Source of the DNA: Dehalococcoidia bacterium
GTDB taxonomy: Bacteria > Chloroflexota > Dehalococcoidia > Plut-88900
Assembly (NCBI GenBank): GCA_965207225.1
Contig: CBDBLV010000003.1
Coordinates: forward strand, 64,001-128,000
Length of the DNA: 64,000 nt
Reading direction: 5' to 3'
Positions 31,234 through 42,300 of this stretch are shown here, one piece after another. A model generated the notes under the pieces. That model had not been told where the DNA came from, did no database searches, and saw only the letters and a program-made list of their open reading frames with translations. Position 1 is the stretch's first letter. Every line of letters begins with the position of its first letter. Both the position numbers and the translations under genes were made by a program.

Positions 31234-32103
31234 ATGGTTGGCCATGAAGAACCCAGCGGAGCCGGGTCGAAGGGTGCCAGCGACGGCAAGAGCATCCCTC
31301 TATCGGATGCCCCCCTAACGGACGATCCCCTACTGGACCTGCTGGACGCTATGATGAATGACCGGGGCAAGGTGGCTGCTGCGGAGGCCCTGGGGGTGAA
31401 CTACCGCACTATGGTGACCTGCCACGAGTCTCGTCACGTATCGCGGCGGATGCGGAAGGCGTTGGCGGAGTTCAGGGACAAGCACGGTGACGGCGGGGAT
31501 GAGCAGGACGATGACGCCGGTGACATTGCGGAGAGCATAGCTGCGCTGGAAGAACGGCTGGCGGCGTTGGAGGAAGCGCACGGCGACCTGGTGGAGACCG
31601 TCGAAGCCCAGGCGAGACAACTGACGGACTTGGAGCGCAATGCTGGAGGGTCGCAGGACGGGGCGGTGGAAGAGAAACGGGAGCGGAGCAAGCCTGGTCC
31701 GGTCGGTGATGGCGATGGTCAGCGCAGGGAGTGGCGGCCTCCACGACGGGAGCACGGCCTTCCCGACGCCGGAGTGGTCACGTTGGAGGAACAGCCGGAC
31801 GAAGGGCACGCCTTCGGGCCGGCTGCCCCGTTGGTGGCGGAATGGCGAGGGCTGAGGAGTGTCGGTGAGGCGTCGGGCGGTCGGGTTGAACGGGCGAAGG
31901 CTGCGGTGCGACGGTGGGAGCTGGAGATAGCCATGCTCAGCGACTACGGCCTGACGCTGCCGCCGGAGACCGAACCCCTGGACGCTTCGCGCAGGGAGGA
32001 CCACCTGCGGTGGCGGAAGGAGGCGCTGGCAGCGGCCTTGGCGAAAGCAAGGCGGCTGCGCTGGCTGAGGCGAGCACTCACCCTGGGTCTGCGATGGGGG
32101 TAG
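31234..32103 (+). CDS. HTH plus coiled-coil protein, homologue of 16306-16743
   Basis: GKVAAAEALGVNYRTM...SRRMRKALAEF, then a coiled coil; GGAGG RBS. Confidence 0.7.
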   Translation: MVGHEEPSGAGSKGASDGKSIPLSDAPLTDDPLLDLLDAMMNDRGKVAAAEALGVNYRTMVTCHESRHVSRRMRKALAEFRDKHGDGGDEQDDDAGDIAESIAALEERLAALEEAHGDLVETVEAQARQLTDLERNAGGSQDGAVEEKRERSKPGPVGDGDGQRREWRPPRREHGLPDAGVVTLEEQPDEGHAFGPAAPLVAEWRGLRSVGEASGGRVERAKAAVRRWELEIAMLSDYGLTLPPETEPLDASRREDHLRWRKEALAAALAKARRLRWLRRALTLGLRWG

Positions 32104-32308
32104 CCGACTGAAGTAGCTCAAGGCGCCCTTCGCCGTCGGCCAGCAGATCGGACAGTCCGCGGTGGACTCGGCTCTTTCCAAGCGACGGCCTGGACGGAGG
32201 TGGTAGAATGCAACCCGTAGAAGAACGCTCTGTTGGAGGAGCCTCGGAGTGGATGCGCCGGTGTCGGTTGGAGATGGCGCAGGCTCCGGGTCGATTGTCG
32301 GGTGAGAT

Positions 32309-33067
32309 ATGACGACGCCAGACACATTCACCAAAACCGCAGAAGTGCAAGGCGGCTTCCGGCTGCCCGACCCCCCGCAGCGGGAACCGGATGAGATGAC
32401 GCAGTACGACCAGCTCTTCAAGTACGGCTACTCCCACGCCTTGGCAGTGCATCTGGGCAACCCGGAGACCTCCCTGGTGGAGGCGGACCGCTGGATAGTC
32501 GCCAGGCCGGAGTTCAACAAGGCACGCGCCCGGCGCCCCGACCTCTTGGTGGCCTTTGGTGTTGATCCCGAGGTGTATCGCCGGAGCAACGGGTACATCG
32601 TCTCGGAGCAGGGGAAGCCGCCGGACTTCGTGCTTGAGGTGGCGTCGGAGAGCACCGGAGCAATGGACGTGGGGGCCAAACGGGTGGACTATGCCCGTCT
32701 GGGCATACCTGAGTACTGGCGCTTCGACGAGACGGGAGAGTATCACGGGGCGAGGTTGGCCGGAGACCGGCTGGTGGAGGGTCGGTACGAACCCATACCG
32801 ATAGAGACCGTGTCCGATGGAGTCCTTCAGGGATACAGTCCTGCGCTGAACCTGTACCTGAGGTGGGAGGATGGAGCCCTGGTGTTCTATGATCCTGCCA
32901 CGGGACGTCCCATCGCCAGCCTGGAAGACGAGCGGCAGGCGCGAGCGGCGGCGGAAGCCCTTGCGGAGGCGCAGCAAGTTCGCGCCGACACAGAGCAAGC
33001 CCGTGCCGACAGTGCCGAAGCTCGAGTCCGGGAGTTGGAGGAGCGGCTCCGTAGCCAGGGAGCGTAG
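32309..33067 (+). CDS. Uma2 (DUF820) family putative endonuclease
   Basis: RRPDLLVAF, PPDFVLEVASEST, K-DYARLGIPEYWRFD and a C-terminal coiled coil. Confidence 0.9.
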   Translation: MTTPDTFTKTAEVQGGFRLPDPPQREPDEMTQYDQLFKYGYSHALAVHLGNPETSLVEADRWIVARPEFNKARARRPDLLVAFGVDPEVYRRSNGYIVSEQGKPPDFVLEVASESTGAMDVGAKRVDYARLGIPEYWRFDETGEYHGARLAGDRLVEGRYEPIPIETVSDGVLQGYSPALNLYLRWEDGALVFYDPATGRPIASLEDERQARAAAEALAEAQQVRADTEQARADSAEARVRELEERLRSQGA

Positions 33068-33241
33068 CCTCACTGCCGGATCAGTAGGGCAAGGAGCAAC
33101 AACACCGACCTTAAGGTTATCGAATTGAGTAGATTGGCAGTCCAACTCACCCAAATTGCGGTCGCATCGGCTGCCTTTTCTTGGGTCTTGCCCAAGACCT
33201 TGGGGCGTAACCCTCGCCGCAGGCCTTTGAAAGCCTTGGAG

Positions 33242-33265
33242 CCCCCCCTCCCCCCCCCCCCCCCC
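33242..33265. repeat. C7-T-C16 homopolymer upstream of the giant adhesin
   Basis: Directly visible, 40 bp before ATG 33306. Confidence 0.85.
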
Positions 33266-33305
33266 GCCCAATAGCTATTCTGTTTCCGGCCTGCGCGATG
33301 ATGAC

Positions 33306-36300
33306 ATGATGAGCCGCGCCGCCGGGTTCCGACGCCTGCTCACGTTCCGTACCTTGCTGGCCGTGGCCGCGGTGCTGGCGCTGCTCCTGACCCTGCTCCA
33401 TGCGCAGCAGGCGCAGGCCCAGTCCGGCGGCCTGACGCTCGCCGTGACCGAGCGCAGCGAAAGCAGCCTGACGGTGCAGTGGAGCCAGCTTGAAGACGTG
33501 GTTACCTATACCGTCATCCTCCTCGGGGGTGACGAGTTTTTGGTGCACACCGCCTCACCCGGAGAGGACACCTACGTCTTCACTGGCTTGCAGGCTGACT
33601 TCCAGTACGAGCTGAGCGTCAGCGCCTTCCGCAGCGACGCCAGCAGCGCCGGCGAGGTTCAGATCAGGGCGCGCACACTGCCGCCCATCAAGCCAGAGCC
33701 GACGCCGGTGGTGGAGCCCGAGATCGTCCCCCAAGTAAGCGTGACGGCTGGCCCTGAGGTAACCGAGGGCAGCGACGCCGTATTCACGATAACGGCAGAC
33801 CCGGCGCCTGCCGGTGACATCACTGTGGAGCTGACTATCACTGCCGGCGGCGACGTGATCGGCGACGGAGAGACCGGCCAACGGACCGTGACTGTTCCGG
33901 CCAGCGGATCAGCGACCTACGCCGTGTCCACCGTCGACGATGGCGTGGTCGAATCCCCCGGAACCGTTACGGCGACGCTCGTCTCCGCCGGCGGCGGCTA
34001 CGCCGTCGCGGATACGCCCGGAAACGCGGCGACTGTGACGGTGACCAGCGAAGACTGGCTCCTCCGCACTCCCACGATCAAATTGGTCCAGCCCAGTAGC
34101 ATTACTTCTGAATATGGGCCAACCCTCTTCGGGATGTACGTCCGCCCGGTGTCGACCAAGCCCTTGCTGATCAACGTGAAATTGTCGCAGCAGAACGACT
34201 TCTACGATCCCGCGGATCTGGGGCTGAAGCAGTGGCTGATTCCGGCCGGAGAAGACTACGTGGTGCACGAGATCACTCCGATTGACGACAGCGTGGCCGA
34301 ACCTGACGGCAGCATCACCCTGGAACTGCTGCCGGGAACGGGATACAAGCTGGGGCCGTACAAGTCCGCCACGAAAAGGATCCGAGACGAAGACCTGACC
34401 GAGGAGGAGCGGAAGAATTACACGCCGGAAATCCGGGTCACCGGGACATGGGTCAGCGGGAGACCTCATCAAGAAGGCAGCGATCACCGGTTCAAGTTCG
34501 CGTCGAAAAAATCCCTGTCCAGTCCGCTCCCCATCACCGTGGAGATCAGCCAGATTGGCGATTTCGTGGCGCCGGAACACCTGGGCAAGTACCAGCTGAC
34601 CATTCCCGCCGCTCCTTCCAACGCCTACTTGACTATCCCCACGGTGGACGACCAGGTGGACGAGCCGAACGGCCGAGTGGTGGCGCGGGTTCTGCCCGGC
34701 GACGGCTACGTGGCAGCCCGGTGGCAGGAAAAGGAACACGGGTGGCATGACTACGGCAGCCAGTGGATCCAGGACAATGACGAGGTGGAATTCACCCTCG
34801 CCGCCGGTCCAGACATCAGCGAAGGCGGCGAGGCGGAGTTCACCATCAGCGCCTCGGAGGCGTCGCCAGCCCGGACGGAAACCATCAAGGCCCTCGTCAG
34901 CCAGGGCGGCGACTTCGTGGACGCGCCGGGCGACCTGGGCCTGCGTACCCTCACCATCACCACCGGGCAGTCCGTCACGCTGCGCGTTGCCACCGACGAC
35001 GACGGGACCGATGAAGCCGACGGCTGGGTGAGCCTGTCCATTGAAGGCGCTGCGGCGCAGGTCGCAGTCTCCGACGACGATGGCGGGCAGGTCGCGCAGG
35101 CCGGAGATTGCGTAGCCGATGTCTCCACCAACTGCACGGCCCGCGTTGATGGCAAGGTGGGCGGCGTACTGGATTCCAACCGCGACCAGGACTGGCACGG
35201 CGTCAACCTGACCGCAGGCCGGACCTACTGGATGAAGGCGTGGGGTTTTGAGGCGGGGGTGTACTGCGTATACGACGCCCAGGGCAATTGCGCGCAAGAG
35301 GGCTACTTGGGCCAGGACGTCGTCTTCACGCCGGAGCAAAGCGGAACCTGGTTCATCGGGGTCCGGCCGTCGGGGATGACGGGGGCATGGCCCCCGACTC
35401 CGCCTCAGCACCTCTCACCTGAGTTAGTGGCACTGGAACTGCAAACGAAACCGCTGCCCGAATACGAGAGGGCCTACGTGCTGGAAGTGACCACCGTTAC
35501 CGACGATTACCCCGCCGACGCGACCACCACCGGTCAATTGAGCGCCGACGGCAGCGCGGCCACCGGCCGCAATGAAACCCGCGTGGACGTGGACTGGTTC
35601 CGGGTCATCCTGAGCGCCGGTGCGCAGTATCTTATCTACGCCGATTCGACGCTGACCAAGTCTGGACTGCTGCACCCGCTCCACGCCAGGGTCGAAGGGG
35701 TGTACGACTCCGGCGGCAACCTCGTCGCCAGCGGCGTGGAGTCCCCAATGTTGGCGGCGACTCCGGACGCTCGCATAACTCCGGACGCCGACGGCACTTA
35801 CTACGTCGCCGTCACGGGCAACCGGTACAACTACCGCCTTGACAAAGGTCACCAGCCCCCCCACCCCGATTCCACCAGGTATTCAACCTGCCTGCTGACT
35901 GCTTTCAACTGTTATGACAGTCACTGGAGATTAAGTCTGGGCAACGGGGTTGAATCCTCGGATTGGCACAATGGCGGCGTCCCATACCAACTGTCCGTCG
36001 TCACTGCGGTGGACGACTACGCAGACCACCGGGACACGACCGCCAACGTTGCTGTCGGCGGATCGTTGACCGGGGTCATAGACTACCCGGGCGACGTGGA
36101 CTGGGTCGCGGTCACGCTCCCGCCTGGCAGCCTGTATGAATTCAAGGTTGAGGGTGTTGCCGCCAACGGCAAAGCGACTTTGCCGGATCCCCATTTCACG
36201 GATTTGCTTTACGCGGCGGGTGGGGAGTTCGGTGGCGTCGTGCGCTTCCGTGGTATGCGCAGCGCGGTATGGCGTTGGTCGCAGCATGACGTCGGGAAAC

Positions 36301-39300
36301 CGGTGGATGTCGTAAACACGGACGATATGGGCTGGCACCGGCCCCCTGCGAGCCGCCTGTTCTTCCCCGGTTATGAGAACATCTATTTCATCGGCGTGAC
36401 CTCGGCGGAAAATCGCGAAGGTGTTCTGGATACCGGCGCCTACCGGGTCAGCGTATCCATCGTCCCGCAGGACCCGGAGGGAGACGACAGCTCCACGACC
36501 AGCGCTCTGACCGTTGATGGCGGAGCCGTCGAAGCGCATATCGATTCCGGCGGGGACGTGGATTGGTTCGCCGTCCAGCTCGAGGCCGGCCGCAACTATC
36601 TGCTCGGGGTATCCGTGCAGTGCCCGTACACGAGCTCGTACAGGTGCGCTTATTGGGACAGCGGCTGGGCCGTCCAGGTAAAGCTTGCTGACGCCAACGG
36701 CAAGGAAGTAGGGGTGGGATCGGGATTCAGAGATGCCCATGAAGCCGTTCAAATTGAGGCCTCGGGCACGTACTATCTCGTGGTCAGGACAGGCTTTAAT
36801 TTCCACTGGTCCGGCCAGAAGCTCAAGTACAACGCGTGGGCCAGCCTGCTCCCGGATGATGAGGCGACCGACGACATCCATACCGCCGCCGTGTTGCCGC
36901 CGGCCGTAAAGCAGTCCAAGCAGGGCGAAATCCAGTACCCGGACGACGTTGACTGGTACCGGGTCACGGTGCAGGCCGGCCGGTCCCACACCTTCACGGC
37001 GGTCTATAATCCCGCCCACAGCGTTGCCTACTACGGAGCCCGGATTAGCCCCAGCCACCGGATTGACGGACTGTTTGACTCGACTGGGGCGCCGGTCTAT
37101 GACAACGTCTACTTCTACGATGAGCGGGGGATCAAGCAAGCTTACGCGCACACAAAACGGAGCGGCAGAAGCTGGAGGGAGCTCGTTTTCGAGCCGGATG
37201 CGGACGGCGTCTATTACGTGGCGGTCTCTGGAAGCCTCGGCCCGTACCAGGTGAGACATCGGTCCGCGGTTGCCGCCGCCGTCCCGGTCCTGTCCATCAC
37301 GGCCGACGCAGCGTCGGTCGCCGAGGGCGGCAGCGCGGAGTTCACCCTGACGGCCAACCCTGCCCCCACGTTGGACCTGGCGGTGAGCGTCACGGTGTCG
37401 GCCAGCGGCGACTACGGGGCAACCACGGGGAAGCGGACGGTGACCGTCAGCACGGGCGGGAAGGCCACGCTGACCGTCGCTACCACCGGGGACGACGCCG
37501 ACGAACCCGACGGTTCGGTGACGGCCACGCTGGATACTCCGGCCACCGACGCCGGCTACAAGGTGTCAGCGGCCCAAGGCGCAGCCACGGTCACCGTCTC
37601 CGACGACGACGGACCCGCCCTGCCGGTCATCAGCGTCACCTCCGACGGCGACGTGACCGAGGGCACAGACGCCAGCTTCACAGTGACGGCGAGCCCGGCC
37701 CCCACGTTGGACCTTGCCGTGAGCGTCACGGTGTCGGCCAGCGGCGACTACGGGGCAACCACGGGGAAGCGGACGGTGACCGTCAGCACGGGCGGGAAGG
37801 CCACGCTGACCGTCGCCACCACCGGGGACGACGCCGACGAACCCGACGGTTCGGTGACGGCCACGCTGGATACTCCGGCCACCGACGCCGGCTACAAGGT
37901 GTCAGCGGCCCAGGGCGCAGCCACGGTCACCGTCTCCGACGACGACGGACCCGCCCTGCCGGTGATCAGCGTGACCTCCGACGGCGACGTGACCGAGGGG
38001 GCCGACGCGAGCTTCACGGTGACGGCCAACCCGGCCCCGGACGCGGACCTGGACGTGAGCGTCACGGTCAGCGCCACCGGCGACTACGGGGCGGCCACGG
38101 GGCAGCGGACGGTGACCATCCCGACGGCGGGCTACGCCGCGCTGGCGGTGGCCACCACCGGCGACGACGTTGACGAGACCAACGGCTCGGTGACGGTGAC
38201 GGTGGACCCCGACGCGGACCACGACGACTACCTGGTGTCCACGACCCAGGGGTCGGCCACGGTGGCCGTGGCGGACGACGACGACCCTGCGGGGGCGGAC
38301 TACACCGACTACCAGACGGTGGTCGATATCCTCCTAGAGGTGCGGGACAACCCGCCGAACCCGGCCATGCGCAACAACCCGGCCCACGTGAAGAAGTGGA
38401 ACCGGGTGCTGGCGGCCGTCGGCTACGACAGCGGGGAGTCGGCCATGCCGGCCTCCGAGGTCCACGACAACGCGGCCCAGTGGCCGGACAGCCCCTTCCA
38501 CGCGGCGTCGGTGTACCTGACGAGCCTGGAGCAGCCGCGGGGCCAGGGGCAGCAGCAGACGCCGGAGATCAGCATTGCCGGCGGCACTGGCATCACCGAG
38601 GGCGGCGACGCCGTCTTCACGGTGACGGCCAGCCCGGCCCCAGCGGCGAACCTGGACGTGAGCGTCACGGTGTCCCAGAGCGGCGACTACGGCGCGACCA
38701 CGGGCCAGCGGACGGTGACGGTTTCCACCAGCGGCATCGTCAGCTTCGCCGTGGGCACCACGGATGACAGCGCGGATGAAACCGACGGGTCGGTGACGGC
38801 CACGGTGAATACGGGCGCCGGTTACACGGTGTCGGCGACCCAGGGCGCGGCCACGGTGGCGGTGTCGGACAACGACGACGCCCCCACGCCGGAGGTGAGC
38901 GTCACCGCTGGCAATGGGGTCACCGAGGGCGGCGACGCCGTCTTCACGGTGACGGCCAGCCCGGCGCCGGCGGCGAACCTGGACGTGAGCGTGACGGTGT
39001 CCCAGAGCGGAGACTACGGCGCGACGACGGGCCAGCGCACGGTGACCATACCCACGTCGGGCAGCGTCACCGTAACCATCACAACCACCGACGATACTAC
39101 CGACGAGACCGACGGGTCGGTGACGGCCACGGTGAACGCGGGCAGCGGCTACACGGTGTCCTCGACCCAGGGCGCGGCCACGGTGGCGGTGTCGGACGAC
39201 GACCCTCAGGGGCCGGACCACACCGACTACCAGACGGTGGTGGACATCCTCCTGGAGGTGCGGGACAACCCGCCGAACCCGGCCATGCGCAACAACCCGG

Positions 39301-42300
39301 CCCACGTGAAGAAGTGGAACCGGGTGCTGGCCGCCGTCGGCTACGACAGCGGGGAGTCGGCCATGCCGGCCTCCGAGGTCCACGACAACGCGGCCCGGTG
39401 GCCGGACAGCCCCTTCAAGGCGGCCTCCGACTACCTGAGGAGCCAGGAGAACCAGGGCCAGCAGCAGACGCCGGAGATCAGCATTGCCGGCGGCGCTGGC
39501 ATCACCGAGGGCGGCGACGCCGTCTTCACGGTGACGGCCAGCCCGGCGCCTTCGTCCAACCTGGACGTGAGCGTCACGGTGTCGCAGAGCGGCGACTACG
39601 GCGCGACCACCGGCCAGCGCACGGTGACCATACCCACGTCGGGCAGCGTCACCCTGACCGTTGGCACCACGGACGATACTACTGACGAGACCGACGGGTC
39701 GGTGACCGCAACCGTCAACGCGGGCAGCGGCTACACCGTGTCGTCGTCCCAGGGCGCGGCCACGGTGGCCGTCTCGGACAACGACGACGCCCCCACGCCG
39801 GTGGTGAGCGTCAGCGCTGGCTCCGGCGTCACCGAGGGCGGCGACGCCGTCTTCACGGTGACGGCGAGCCCGGCCCCGGCGTCCAACCTGGACGTGAGCG
39901 TGACGGTGTCCCAGAGCGGCGACTACGGCGCGACGACGGGCCAGCGCACGGTGACCATACCCACGTCGGGCAGCGTCACCCTGACGGTCGGCACCACCGA
40001 CGATACTACTGACGAGACCGACGGGTCGGTGACGGCGACGGTGAATACGGGCAGCGACTACACGGTGTCCTCGTCCCAGGGCGCGGCCACGGTGGCGGTG
40101 TCGGACAACGACGACGCCCCCACGCCGGTGGTGAGCGTCAGCGCTGGCTCCGGCGTCACCGAGGGCGGCTCCGCCGTCTTCACGGTGACGGCCAGTCCGG
40201 CCCCGGCGGCCAACCTGGACGTGAGCGTCACGGTGTCCCAGAGCGGGGACTACGGCGCGACCACGGGCCAGCGGACGGTGACCATACCCACCTCGGGCAG
40301 CGTCACCGTAACCATCACAACCACCGACGATACTACTGACGAGGCCGACGGGTCGGTCACCGCAACCGTCAACGCGGGCAGCGACTACACCGTGTCGTCA
40401 ACCCAGGGCGCGGCCACGGTGGCGGTGTCGGACAACGACGACGCCTCCACGCCGGTGGTGAGCGTCACCGGCGCCGCCGGCGGCACCGAGGGCGAGTCGG
40501 TCACCTTCACGGTGACGGCCAGCCCGGCGCCGGCGGCGGACCTGGCGGTGAGCCTCACGGTCTCCCAGAGCGGCGACTACGGCGCGGCCACGGGCCAGCG
40601 CACGGTGACCGTCCCCACCACGGGCAGCGTCACCTTCACCGTCGGCACCACGGACGACAGTACTGACGAGACCGACGGGTCGGTCACCGCAACGGTGAAC
40701 GCGGGCAGCGGCTACACCGTGTCCTCGTCCCAGGGCGCGGCCACGGTCGGCGTCGCAGACAACGACGACCCGGTCGTTGAGGAGCAGACGGGCTACACGG
40801 TGGACCCGGACGTGATCGCGAAGGTCAGGGAGCTGGCGTCGCAGACGCAGCACGGCACGGCCCACGTGAACCGCTGGAACCGGGTGCTCGTCGCCTTCGG
40901 CGAGCACGACGGCACCGGCGTCACGGGCGGCCCGATGACGGCGGCCGAGGCCCAGGACATGGCGGACAAACACAGCAGCCCCGTGTGGGACGAGGTGGTG
41001 ACCGAGCTGACGGCGCTGGAGGCGGCGTCAGCGCAGACGCCACCGCCGCCCACGCCTGAGGTGAGCGTCACCGCTGGAAGCGGGATAACCGAGGGCGGCG
41101 ACGCCGTCTTCACGGTGACGGCCAGCCCGGCGCCTTCGTCCAATCTGGACGTGAGCGTCACGGTCTCGCAGAGCGGCGACTACGGCGCGACCACGGGCCA
41201 GCGGACGGTGACGATACCCACCACGGGCAGCGTCACCCTCACCGTGGGCACCACGGACGATACTACTGACGAGACCGACGGGTCGGTCACGGCCACGGTG
41301 AACGCGGGCAGCGGCTACACGGTGTCCTCGTCCCAGGGCGCGGCCACGGTGGCGGTGTCCGACAACGACGACGCCCCCACGCCGGTGGTGAGCGTCACCG
41401 CTGGCAGCGGGGTGACCGAGGGCGGGGACGCCGTCTTCACGGTGACGGCCAGCCCGGCGCCGGCGTCCAACCTGGACGTGAGCGTGACGGTCTCCCAGAG
41501 CGGCGACTACGGCGCGACCACGGGCCAGCGCACGGTGACCGTCCCCACCACGGGCAGCGTCACCCTCACAGTCGGCACCACCGACGACAGCGCCGACGAG
41601 ACCGACGGGTCGGTGACGGCCACGGTGAACGCGGGCAGCGGCTACACCGTGTCCTCGACCCAGGGCGCGGCCACGGTCGGCGTGGCCGACAACGACGACG
41701 CCCCCACGCCGGTGGTGAGCGTCACTGCTGGCAGCGGGGTGACCGAGGGTGGGGACGTCGTCTTCACGGTGACGGCCAGCCCGGCCCCGGCGTCCAACCT
41801 GGCGGTGAGCGTCACGGTATCGCAGAGCGGCGACTACGGCGCGACCACAGGCCGGCGCACGGTGACCGTCCCGACTTCGGGCAGCGTCACCCTCACCGTT
41901 GGCACCACCGACGATACTACTGACGAGACCGACGGCTCGGTCATCGCGACGGTGAACGCGGGCAGCGGCTACACGGTGTCCTCGTCCCAGGGCGCGGCCA
42001 CGGTCGGCGTGTCCGACAACGACGACGCCCCCACGCCGGTGGTGAGCGTCACCGCTGGCAGCGGGGTGACCGAGGGCGGGGACGCCGTCTTCACGGTGAC
42101 GGCCATCCCGGCCCCGGCGGCCAACCTGGCGGTGAGCGTCACGGTCTCCCAGAGCGGCGACTACGGCGCGACCACGGGCCACCGCACGGTGACGATACCC
42201 ACCACGGGCAGCGTCACCCTCACCGTGGGCACCACCGACGATACTACTGACGAGACCGACGGGTCGGTGACGGCCACGGTGAACGCGGGCAGCGGCTACA

